Of a stretch of DNA of 64,000 nucleotides, positions 56,714-64,000 are shown piece after piece; the first letter of the stretch is position 1, and every line of letters begins with the position of its first letter. The stretch covers positions 64,001 to 128,000 of the IMG/VR virus record IMGVR_UViG_3300046501_000132. One strand, 5' to 3'. Below the pieces are notes generated by a model, which worked only from the letters and a program-made list of their open reading frames with translations, was not told where the DNA came from and made no database searches. Made by a program: the position numbers and the translations under genes. The DNA is from a virus.

Positions 56714-57736
56714 TTATCTCTGTGGGTAATTCTTGAAGTTGTTTATCTCGCCTTTTAGGCTTCCTAGTTGTGACTTAGTATCATTGACGACTGCAACAAC
56801 TTCCTTCTTGACATCATTGGGGATGTTCTTGATGGCCTTAACATCCTTCACTACTCCCTGAAGAACCTTGACGCCGTCTAGGGCTTGCATCTTCGCATCA
56901 CGGACTTGTTCCCGAACGTCACGAGCGACGGCCAGAACTCCATCCAGTTGACCCTTGAATTCCTTAACAGTATTTACTGTCTCTTTTACAGCGTCACTAA
57001 ACGAATCTAGCCCTGGAATCGGCAATAGACGATTCTTACCAGAACCAACTCCAGGAATCGCAACAGGCGGAATGCCGTTACCAGCGAGTTTGCCTAGGGA
57101 ACCCGAATCTGGTTCAGCGCCATAGGTGACTTTGTGAAAGGCCCAGTTGACGTCAATAACCATTTGTTGATTCTGAGCGGTGCGATCTAGACGAATTGCT
57201 CCAACAGCAGACGGCCAAGCTTCAGTCAAGGTGAACTGATATACTGTCTTGTCTTGACTATCAAGACATTCTACAATGATACTGGAAATGTAATCATCAT
57301 AGAAGTTGACCGCATGTTGGGATTCATCAACGATGAGGTTGTGCCATTGATCAAATAACGTCTTTTCTGCATAGTTGCCTGTAACTAGAAACGTTGTATT
57401 AACGTCACTATATTGACGACCGTTGGCAATCTTACGTGTATAGTTGCCGTATGAGATTTCAGTATTCGTTTCTTGAACCGCAGGAATATCGACCATCAGA
57501 CACGTTAAGGAAATCGTCTTAGAGACATCAGTGGTGCTGTTGATCGCAGAGGCGATGTCTTCCGCAGACGCAAACTGCGATGAGATAGCATTGGTCTGAT
57601 CGGTATTGTTCGCCCGATTTGAAGCCTTTGCTCCTAATCCAGCAGGTAGGTTGAATGTAATCTTGAATCGGTTAACGCGGGCAATGTTCTGCTTCTTAAC
57701 AAGAGCCAGAAAATCCCCAAGAGCAGTCTTAGCCAT
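56714..57736 (-). CDS. baseplate tail tube initiator gp54
   Basis: AR.NRF, C..VDIP, TF..EK..FDQW, FYDDY, EAWP; extra C-terminal repeats. Confidence 0.8.
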   Translation of the reverse strand: MAKTALGDFLALVKKQNIARVNRFKITFNLPAGLGAKASNRANNTDQTNAISSQFASAEDIASAINSTTDVSKTISLTCLMVDIPAVQETNTEISYGNYTRKIANGRQYSDVNTTFLVTGNYAEKTLFDQWHNLIVDESQHAVNFYDDYISSIIVECLDSQDKTVYQFTLTEAWPSAVGAIRLDRTAQNQQMVIDVNWAFHKVTYGAEPDSGSLGKLAGNGIPPVAIPGVGSGKNRLLPIPGLDSFSDAVKETVNTVKEFKGQLDGVLAVARDVREQVRDAKMQALDGVKVLQGVVKDVKAIKNIPNDVKKEVVAVVNDTKSQLGSLKGEINNFKNYPQR

Positions 57737-57749
57737 GTTCTCTCCGAGT

Positions 57750-57778
57750 TAAATAGTTGTGAGTGTACTTAATATTTA
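57750..57778. promoter_or_regulatory. pair of opposed late promoters (gp2 / gp54)
   Basis: TAAATA (+) 57750-57755 and TAAATA (-) 57773-57778. Confidence 0.6.
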
Positions 57779-57789
57779 GGGATCAGACT

Positions 57790-58488
57790 ATGGCAGCTAT
57801 TGACGTCGATGAAGACGACTTCATGAGACCGGAGATCATCCAGTCCTATATCGACAAGTTTCAGAAGGCGACTAGCAGCGGCGCGACTATGGAACGGCAC
57901 AGCCGTGAGAGCCTAGACTGGTTTCGCAAGCGGGTGGGTAAGGACTTGAAGTACAACCGTAGGCGTCTGATCAAGGACAACGGTGACTACAAGATTCGGA
58001 AAGGTCGTGAGAACAAGACCCTAGTGGGAAGACTATATTACTTTGAATATGATGCTAAGGAAGCGGGGGACCGTGAACTAGGCGTCTATGACCGATTCCC
58101 AATGGTATTTGTGTTTAACACTTCGATCTCCAATGATGGAGCGAAGCTGATCCACGCTATCAATATGCACTATCTGGTTCCGCGCGAACGGATGCTTGTA
58201 TATCTGAAGCTAATGAAGCTACGAAACAAGAAGGGTTGGACTCATGCAACGAAACTCAGGGCCAGCTGGGCCCTGTTGAAGTCGGTCGCAGAACACAATC
58301 TATTGAAGCGTGCAGTTCATACTTACCGCGTTGATCGTGTGGTCGGTTCCAGAATGGTAGAGATTCACGCAGCAGATTGGGAAATCGCTACATTCCTACG
58401 ATTGGAAGACTGGCGCAAGCCCGACTCTACGGCAGCTAACCAAAAGAGCGTTCGTAGGTCACATCTGGCTAAGTCGAAAGGTAAATAA
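57790..58488 (+). CDS. DNA end protector gp2
   Basis: S..WF, GRLYYFEYDAK, YDRFP.V, INMHYL.P..R. Confidence 0.88.
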   Translation: MAAIDVDEDDFMRPEIIQSYIDKFQKATSSGATMERHSRESLDWFRKRVGKDLKYNRRRLIKDNGDYKIRKGRENKTLVGRLYYFEYDAKEAGDRELGVYDRFPMVFVFNTSISNDGAKLIHAINMHYLVPRERMLVYLKLMKLRNKKGWTHATKLRASWALLKSVAEHNLLKRAVHTYRVDRVVGSRMVEIHAADWEIATFLRLEDWRKPDSTAANQKSVRRSHLAKSKGK

Positions 58489-58490
58489 AC

Positions 58491-58523
58491 AAAAGCCCCT
58501 CAGAGAAATCTGAGGGGCTTTTT
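58491..58523. terminator. bidirectional terminator
   Basis: AAAAGCCCCTCAGA-GAAA-TCTGAGGGGCTTTT. Confidence 0.85.
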
Positions 58524-58663
58524 CATTGGTACATCGGCTCAACGTGGATCATCCGGACTTCCACATCTTTGTGTCTCAACATAATGGCCCGGAAGTACAC
58601 AGTATAATCCACGGTTTTCCAGTCGTGAGTCGGACCCCACTTTACTTGATATATCACGTGCAT
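58523..58663 (-). CDS. hypothetical peptide (46 aa, not in ORF track)
   Basis: MHVIYQVKWG.. with GAGGA RBS, ends at terminator. Confidence 0.5.
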   Translation of the reverse strand: MHVIYQVKWGPTHDWKTVDYTVYFRAIMLRHKDVEVRMIHVEPMYQ

Positions 58664-58964
58664 GTTTCCTCACACAGCAATCGGATAGGGACATACTTCT
58701 TGCAGTTCTTCAACCCAGCGCAAATAGTCGGCTTGTTGCATATCACATCCTCAAATGTTCGATGGGTCGGGAACCGTAGGACTGCGCCAGGAGAACCAGC
58801 TTGTACGCTAGCAATGCTTCTTGTACATCCCCAACATACATCCCACTCTCTTGAGCCGTATACAGCAACTCGTTGAGATGTGTAGGTTCGGCTACTTCAA
58901 TCTTTTTCAGTTCCTCACGGAGACGATCACCGGGTTGTATATCATCTTCGCGCGCCCAGATACT

Positions 58965-59567
58965 TCACTTTTTGTTCTTGATCCAATTTTCCATCCTTTC
59001 AAAAACCTTAGCAGGAGCACCCATCGCCTCCAGAATATCCTCAGCCGACATATTAGCTATTGGCTTGAGACCTTCAGCCAACAGTGCATTGTAGGCACGC
59101 GGGCGAATCCGTTGGAGCAGGTCCGGATTGGTCACAAACAGACGGAAGATTTCAGCAAACCATTCCATCGTGTTCGGAGCATAGGACGTGATCGGCTTCT
59201 CACCAGAGATCGCCCGGATACGGTCTGAGAAGAAGGAACCAGCGCGGGTTCGGTAGACGTTCACGCCAGACTTGACTTCATCGACGTGGTGACCGAGTTC
59301 ATGTTGGATGACGCCAAGCGGCGTCCGATCAGATATGAACGTTGGCCAGCTATACGAAGGATTGGGATGAGCGCAGAGCGGGACCGCAACCGTGATCTTG
59401 TTCGAGCGGTAATAGCCACAGGTACCAATGCGCTGGATGAGAGCGCACTCTTTATCGGTCTTATCGTAGATGATATTGAGGACCGGCTGGGGAATCTCGT
59501 TGACATCGCAAAACTTCTGGCAGATCAAGATTCCCAGCTTGGTCTGCCCGATTCGTTCCTGGTTCAT
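58965..59567 (-). CDS. zincin metallopeptidase-like protein
   Basis: HELGHHVD (HExxH), SYA...EWFAE. Confidence 0.75.
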   Translation of the reverse strand: MNQERIGQTKLGILICQKFCDVNEIPQPVLNIIYDKTDKECALIQRIGTCGYYRSNKITVAVPLCAHPNPSYSWPTFISDRTPLGVIQHELGHHVDEVKSGVNVYRTRAGSFFSDRIRAISGEKPITSYAPNTMEWFAEIFRLFVTNPDLLQRIRPRAYNALLAEGLKPIANMSAEDILEAMGAPAKVFERMENWIKNKK

Positions 59568-59594
59568 TTCCGGCTCCGTTTAATCCATAACTCT

Positions 59595-59623
59595 ATTATA
59601 CCTGAGCTATGTGATGAAGTCTA
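59595..59623 (-). promoter_or_regulatory. sigma70-type promoter
   Basis: TAGACT-17nt-TATAAT. Confidence 0.75.
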
Positions 59624-59810
59624 GAACTTTCTTTCGATGGAACCTATGGACAGATAGAAGTCAAACGCCTCATGGATCATAGTCTGAGTACCGAGCATGA
59701 TGAATTTGGTGCCCAAGATATTATAGGAAAAAGCCGGGGCTGAGCACCCGGCTCTCAGAACGGTTTGAGGAATATCCTTAACAACTCGATACTCCGCAAT
59801 CTCGTAAGCG

Positions 59811-60104
59811 TTACACAACCACTTCAACATTGGGTTCAAACTCCATAACGGGGAACATCAGAGCAGCAGTCGCATTCGCTTGTTCGGAGGTACGGGAGGT
59901 TTCAACCGTTTCCTGACCGTATAGGTATCGCTTGCGCTTTACCACTTGTAGAGTCACACCATTGGTCGTCTCACGCACCGCACGACCGATGGTGACATAA
60001 ATCCAACCGGACTTCGACACCGAGTAGCCATACAGCTTGCCTTCGATGATCGGATTGCCTATGGCATCCAGCTTCTCAAACTTATTCACGGAAGACGTAT
60101 CCAT
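59811..60104 (-). CDS. hypothetical protein
   Basis: DAIGNPI..G..Y pattern; start uncertain. Confidence 0.65.
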   Translation of the reverse strand: MDTSSVNKFEKLDAIGNPIIEGKLYGYSVSKSGWIYVTIGRAVRETTNGVTLQVVKRKRYLYGQETVETSRTSEQANATAALMFPVMEFEPNVEVVV

Positions 60105-60360
60105 ATTGATACTTCGTTGCGTTTTCTTCAAGCCAAATCTGAGCAGTGTTCAGCTTCTGGATCAGTTCAGGCAACCAGTAGGTCGATATGCCACCGCCTG
60201 CTTTATCAAACCAACCCCCGTCATCTTCAACGAGGATATGGAAGCAGACGTGTTGATCATCCGTTAGACCCATCCCGCCACGAGGACGCAGGCCGACTCC
60301 CAAACACTTCCCCAGGAACACAACCTTGAAGTCTTTATTTACATCCACAAGCTTGCTCAT
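60082..60360 (-). CDS. hypothetical protein
   Basis: 92-aa ORF in packed minus-strand array. Confidence 0.65.
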   Translation of the reverse strand: MSKLVDVNKDFKVVFLGKCLGVGLRPRGGMGLTDDQHVCFHILVEDDGGWFDKAGGGISTYWLPELIQKLNTAQIWLEENATKYQYGYVFRE

Positions 60361-60472
60361 CCAAACCTCTTCACTACGTTACCCGACACCAGGTATGTCT
60401 TTCCAAAGAAATTCACAACCGTCTTGCCGGTGATCACACTTTGTAGAATGATCAGGTGGTACTTAATCGTGT

Positions 60473-60658
60473 TCACGGCACTACTACCCTCAAATTTGAA
60501 CCGGCTTCCTTGATCATGTCGTAGGCGCGGGCAGTAGCACAACTGAAGGCCACCGGGTGTTCTTTACCTTGGTGATGACAACGTTCGCTCATCCCACACT
60601 CTACGAGAAAGGGACATTCCGTTTGTGCCGGAATTTTGCCCGCGACTAGTTGGCTCAT
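60473..60658 (-). CDS. small Cys/His-rich protein
   Basis: CPF..C....CHH....FSC. Confidence 0.55.
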   Translation of the reverse strand: MSQLVAGKIPAQTECPFLVECGMSERCHHQGKEHPVAFSCATARAYDMIKEAGSNLRVVVP

Positions 60659-60659
60659 G

Positions 60660-60887
60660 TCAGTCCCAGCTTCCGCCGCAGCTACCAGAGTCCGAAGAAC
60701 TGGACGAATCACACGACGATGAATAACCACTATCACCGCCGCCACTGAACGAATCGTTCAGAATTGCAAAGGCGCTGACTGGATCGGTATCGCTGCTATG
60801 CGAACTACCGTTGGTGCCTGAAAACCGCGAAGCCGGACGACCTTGGATCTTTTGCCCCGGCTTTTTCTTGTTTGCGTTATAACTCAT
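60660..60887 (-). CDS. small protein with Ser/Gly/Asp-rich tail
   Basis: GGAG RBS before MSYNANK. Confidence 0.6.
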   Translation of the reverse strand: MSYNANKKKPGQKIQGRPASRFSGTNGSSHSSDTDPVSAFAILNDSFSGGGDSGYSSSCDSSSSSDSGSCGGSWD

Positions 60888-60937
60888 ATCAATCACTCCA
60901 TTTGATGAGGAAAGTAGATCTGAAATTACCGACAACT

Positions 60938-61240
60938 TCAGTCGCCCCACTTTCCATAAAATAGAACCCCTTCGGGTTCATCTTGAGTCAGTACAGTCAA
61001 TCGGTTGATATACTCACGACCGGAGAGAACTGTAATGGCTTCCGATCCCAATTGCTCCGGCTTGGTGCCAATCCAGCTAACGTCTTCAGCACCTTCCGAG
61101 ATTTCCTTGATTGCCGCCTCTCGGGTTGTGTAACCTTCAAAGCTGCCAGCAAGAAACCCACTATCACCGAACCCGTAGAACATCGCCTCGTAAATCTTGG
61201 CTCCGGTGGGTTCATCGTGAAAAGGCCAGTTTCCTTCCAT
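60938..61240 (-). CDS. hypothetical protein
   Basis: 100-aa ORF. Confidence 0.65.
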   Translation of the reverse strand: MEGNWPFHDEPTGAKIYEAMFYGFGDSGFLAGSFEGYTTREAAIKEISEGAEDVSWIGTKPEQLGSEAITVLSGREYINRLTVLTQDEPEGVLFYGKWGD

Positions 61241-61243
61241 CGA

Positions 61244-61372
61244 TCACCAGAATTTTGCGATGAAATGAACAGCTACATAAATAGCACTGCCGATCAGACT
61301 CAGAAGGAACAGGAACCAAAACGTCAGCAAAAGTTCAATCAGGGTAAACCCGCCTTGTTGTTTGCTTTTCAT
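61244..61372 (-). CDS. 42-aa prepilin-like peptide (not in ORF track)
   Basis: MKSKQQGG|FTLIELLLTFWFLFLLSLIGSAIYVAVHFIAKFW; ATGA overlap with upstream stop. Confidence 0.75.
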   Translation of the reverse strand: MKSKQQGGFTLIELLLTFWFLFLLSLIGSAIYVAVHFIAKFW

Positions 61373-61554
61373 ACCTTCACCTTGGCTTGTTCTTCCTCCC
61401 AGGCGACGTATTCTTCATACGACTGGAAAGAGGGATACTGCTTTTGTTGCTTTTCGAAGTTTGTATTGGCCAACATTGCCACGTTCTTGCTCATCGTGAC
61501 TCGTCCAACCGGAGTTTGACGAATCCAACCACCACTTACACGACTGATAACCAT
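61369..61554 (-). CDS. hypothetical protein
   Basis: 61-aa ORF with GAGG RBS. Confidence 0.6.
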   Translation of the reverse strand: MVISRVSGGWIRQTPVGRVTMSKNVAMLANTNFEKQQKQYPSFQSYEEYVAWEEEQAKVKV

Positions 61555-61606
61555 TTGGGCCTCGAATTGAACTACAAAGAAAGCGCCTCGAAGGGCGCCC
61601 TATTAC

Positions 61607-62185
61607 TTACACAGCCGAAGCAGCGGCAATAGCTTGCTTCGCGGCGGTACGAGCTTTGAATGCATTGCTCTTCACAGCCAGATTTGCGTTGTCCAATGCG
61701 ACCTGACACGATTTCGCATACAAGCGGAAGTCTTCAACGTCGGCTTCCGGACGATATTCCACACGATTGTCACCGAACATCAGACGAGTACGCACTTGTT
61801 CTTCGTACCAGTTGGAACCCATGACTTCCGTCAGGTCTTGATCATAGGTCAGTTCGCAGAACTTTTCGGTCAGTTCGGCGCGAGCGAACGGCGTCAGCGT
61901 CGGGAAGTTCATCACCACGATGCCGGCCGAGGCAGCGACATTCCGCAGGTTCTGCTTCGGAATGTAGAAATATGCCGGCTTGTTTTCCAGATTTTCCAGG
62001 GCTTGGTCACGACCATACGACTTGACGAAGCGTTCATCTTCGCGGCAGCGAGCAGCTTGGCCCACGACGATGTTGCCTTCGTCGTCCACCTTCCAAGCGA
62101 TGGTGACGCCACCCAGGTGATTGAACTGGCCGGTCACCGGGTCTTGTTCACGAGCGTGGATGTAGTAGACTTTGTTCTTGATCAT
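61607..62185 (-). CDS. early hypothetical protein
   Basis: GGVTIAW..A.C...RF.KS.GR..A; promoter upstream. Confidence 0.75.
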   Translation of the reverse strand: MIKNKVYYIHAREQDPVTGQFNHLGGVTIAWKVDDEGNIVVGQAARCREDERFVKSYGRDQALENLENKPAYFYIPKQNLRNVAASAGIVVMNFPTLTPFARAELTEKFCELTYDQDLTEVMGSNWYEEQVRTRLMFGDNRVEYRPEADVEDFRLYAKSCQVALDNANLAVKSNAFKARTAAKQAIAAASAV

Positions 62186-62239
62186 TTGAAAACTTTCCAG
62201 TTAGTTAAGAAACATTCGATTTCCTATCGAATAGAGGAT

Positions 62240-62268
62240 ATTTTACCTATGTAAATGTGTTTCGTCTA
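62240..62268 (-). promoter_or_regulatory. sigma70-type promoter
   Basis: TAGACG-17nt-TAAAAT. Confidence 0.6.
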
Positions 62269-62285
62269 GCTATGGAGTATGACTT

Positions 62286-62786
62286 TCAGTCCGAACCGAT
62301 GAGTGCGCGGGCCTTCAAATACGCAGCCCAATTAACGCCATCATAGACATCACACTTCACAAAATAATCTTCGAAGGGAGCAATATCCGAGTCATCATCC
62401 AAGATAATGAACATGCGGGTCCATAGATCATACTTCCGCAGCCATTCCTTAATCTCTGACCCGCGCCGGTTCTTTTCGTCGGGATAAACATCCAAGCTGG
62501 GTGTTCTCCAACCAATATCATCATAGAAGATGTAATTACCAAGGTTGGGGCATGCGGCGTTCAGAACCATCTTGAAAGACTCAAGCGTCATTCCGTAACG
62601 CCAAGTGGACGATATCACCAATTGGCAATCAAAGTCTTCACAGAGATTCCTGACCAACATACAAGAAATGGGGTCAAGGTAACTTGCGCCACCTTCATTC
62701 CCCATTGCGATACAGGCACGGGGTGTACAAAGCACCCCGTCCATATCCAAGAAGATGATATTAGATTTTCTCAACGTTTCAGCCAA
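62286..62786 (-). CDS. HAD-domain protein (Swiss-army-knife RNA-repair type)
   Basis: IFLDMDGVL, VISSTWR, RG.EI..WL, IILDDD. Confidence 0.8.
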   Translation of the reverse strand: MAETLRKSNIIFLDMDGVLCTPRACIAMGNEGGASYLDPISCMLVRNLCEDFDCQLVISSTWRYGMTLESFKMVLNAACPNLGNYIFYDDIGWRTPSLDVYPDEKNRRGSEIKEWLRKYDLWTRMFIILDDDSDIAPFEDYFVKCDVYDGVNWAAYLKARALIGSD

Positions 62787-62998
62787 TCCTTCATCTGCTC
62801 ATCCGTCAGCGAGTTCATATGATTGAGAATGTTCTCAATGGGCAACCCAGGCATGACTCCAAGGTCTTTCGTCTTGCCGGTTTCCTTATCCTCAATCGTA
62901 ACCCACTCCCGATACACGGAATGCGATTCTTCGGACGGCGGACAGTGATATCGGAACAAATATCGATCAGAATGCAACCGCATAGTTGTCTTCCTCAT
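62771..62998 (-). CDS. hypothetical protein
   Basis: 75-aa ORF. Confidence 0.55.
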   Translation of the reverse strand: MRKTTMRLHSDRYLFRYHCPPSEESHSVYREWVTIEDKETGKTKDLGVMPGLPIENILNHMNSLTDEQMKDWLKR

Positions 62999-63200
62999 AA
63001 TCCCCTGTGGGATCGTTGTCTTCCACTTGGAAGGTTACGTGACGATAGTTACTCTTGGTCTGATGTGATTTCAGGTGGGTCAACAATCCCAACTGAATCC
63101 GATCAATACCAAAATACACGATAGTCAGAAAAGCGAGCTCACCACTATTTTCCGGGTAATGCGCCGGCTTGATACCATACTGCTTAATTGCTTCAATCAT
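62967..63200 (-). CDS. hypothetical protein
   Basis: 77-aa ORF, ATGA overlap. Confidence 0.6.
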   Translation of the reverse strand: MIEAIKQYGIKPAHYPENSGELAFLTIVYFGIDRIQLGLLTHLKSHQTKSNYRHVTFQVEDNDPTGDYEEDNYAVAF

Positions 63201-63475
63201 GGCTTAAAGAACCAAAAGAAAACGTCACTAATCGTGGTGTTGTTGACACGGTCGTAATAGGCGAAGTAATAAAGCAAATCACCTATTCCGATAAGAATGA
63301 AGAAGTATATGATGAGCACCAGATACATCGGTGCTTCGATGTCCACCAATAACCTCTTTGATACTGCACACTTATATACCCATAGTCCCAGAATCGCAAT
63401 TGCTGCGGATAGCTGTAGCCAAAGCGGCGTTTTAATTGCTATAATTACGCAGATGATTATGTGAATGATGGGCAT
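63197..63475 (-). CDS. small membrane protein
   Basis: 2-3 hydrophobic segments. Confidence 0.6.
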   Translation of the reverse strand: MPIIHIIICVIIAIKTPLWLQLSAAIAILGLWVYKCAVSKRLLVDIEAPMYLVLIIYFFILIGIGDLLYYFAYYDRVNNTTISDVFFWFFKP

Positions 63476-63852
63476 TGATAATTATGAACCTCAAATTTAT
63501 AAATACGATCCTTAGCACGTAGATTATTCACATTAGGAACCGTCACGCCGTTCTTCATCGCATCTTTCCAATCTTCATTGTAAAGAACATCTGTCCAGAA
63601 TAAAGCCAGTGCTCCATCCCAAAACTCGATGATAAAGGATCGGCCAATCAGACTCTTACGGCTGATCTGCTTGTATGAACTATAGCTGGTCGAACCGCCT
63701 GTGCCCAATAAACCACAACTCATAGTCTTATACTTCCACAGAGTCGCATCCGCCTCGTTCAAAACAAATTCAAGCGCGGCGGATGGACTTTGGAGAAATA
63801 GATCATAAATCCGAATTCTTGGCCTTACTACCAAATCGCTGGGAAGGGTCAA
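63457..63852 (-). CDS. hypothetical protein
   Basis: TTG start overlapping the stop of a 44-aa ORF at 63849-63983. Confidence 0.55.
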   Translation of the reverse strand: MTLPSDLVVRPRIRIYDLFLQSPSAALEFVLNEADATLWKYKTMSCGLLGTGGSTSYSSYKQISRKSLIGRSFIIEFWDGALALFWTDVLYNEDWKDAMKNGVTVPNVNNLRAKDRIYKFEVHNYQCPSFT

Positions 63853-64000
63853 GGTAGTCCCTCCACTCGTATCTTCCCAATCGAGAATTCCCAACCCCAA
63901 GAGTTGCGAATATCCTCAAGTCTGATGGATTCATGATAGACAGCATATACATTACTACCCGCTGTTACGACCCAGACATGCATTACTTGCTCCAGCTCAA

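Noticed and set aside
25303-58523. Near-identical CCCTCAGAGAAATCTG hairpins as a mobile repeat family
   Set aside because: All lie at gene ends with A/T tracts; ordinary intrinsic terminators
58526-59228. Plus-strand ORFs 58526-58876 and 58821-59228
   Set aside because: Downstream of a terminator, no RBS, antisense to the minus-strand gene array
1-64000. CRISPR array, tRNA genes or reassigned stop codons
   Set aside because: No regularly spaced repeats or cloverleafs noticed; core genes translate full length in the standard code

Overview
A 64-kb segment of a large lytic T4-superfamily myophage genome (distant from T4 itself; the host is probably a Gram-negative proteobacterium). It carries the replication/recombination core (uvsW, gp32, gp43, gp45/44/62, regA, gp59-like, topoisomerase gp39+60 and gp52, RuvC-like resolvase), nucleotide metabolism (nrdB-nrdA-glutaredoxin, dCMP deaminase, 5'-nucleotidase, MazG-like enzymes), late coactivator gp33, baseplate/tail genes (gp26, gp51, gp5, gp25, gp3, gp29/27-like, gp53, gp48, gp54), gp2, gp4, an embedded spanin pair and many small accessory ORFs. 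No tRNA, rRNA, CRISPR array, intein or integrase was seen. Best leads: (1) a candidate replication-coupled DNA hypermodification system: a glycosyltransferase / PIG-L-type deacetylase / glycosyltransferase operon plus an aGPT-Pplase1 transferase, with both glycosyltransferases and the transferase ending in sliding-clamp-binding-like tails; (2) a small ORF reproducing the Gol segment of major capsid protein gp23 (possible decoy); (3) gp5 split around gp25, each half carrying a different peptidoglycan hydrolase and the second ending in a siphophage J-like tip; (4) a 42-aa prepilin-like peptide; (5) two proteins with T4 capsid-targeting-like N-termini; (6) a CATAG/CTATG element in many sigma70-type promoter spacers and a promoter-driven structured non-coding region near uvsW. 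All assignments are motif recognition by eye; no searches were run.
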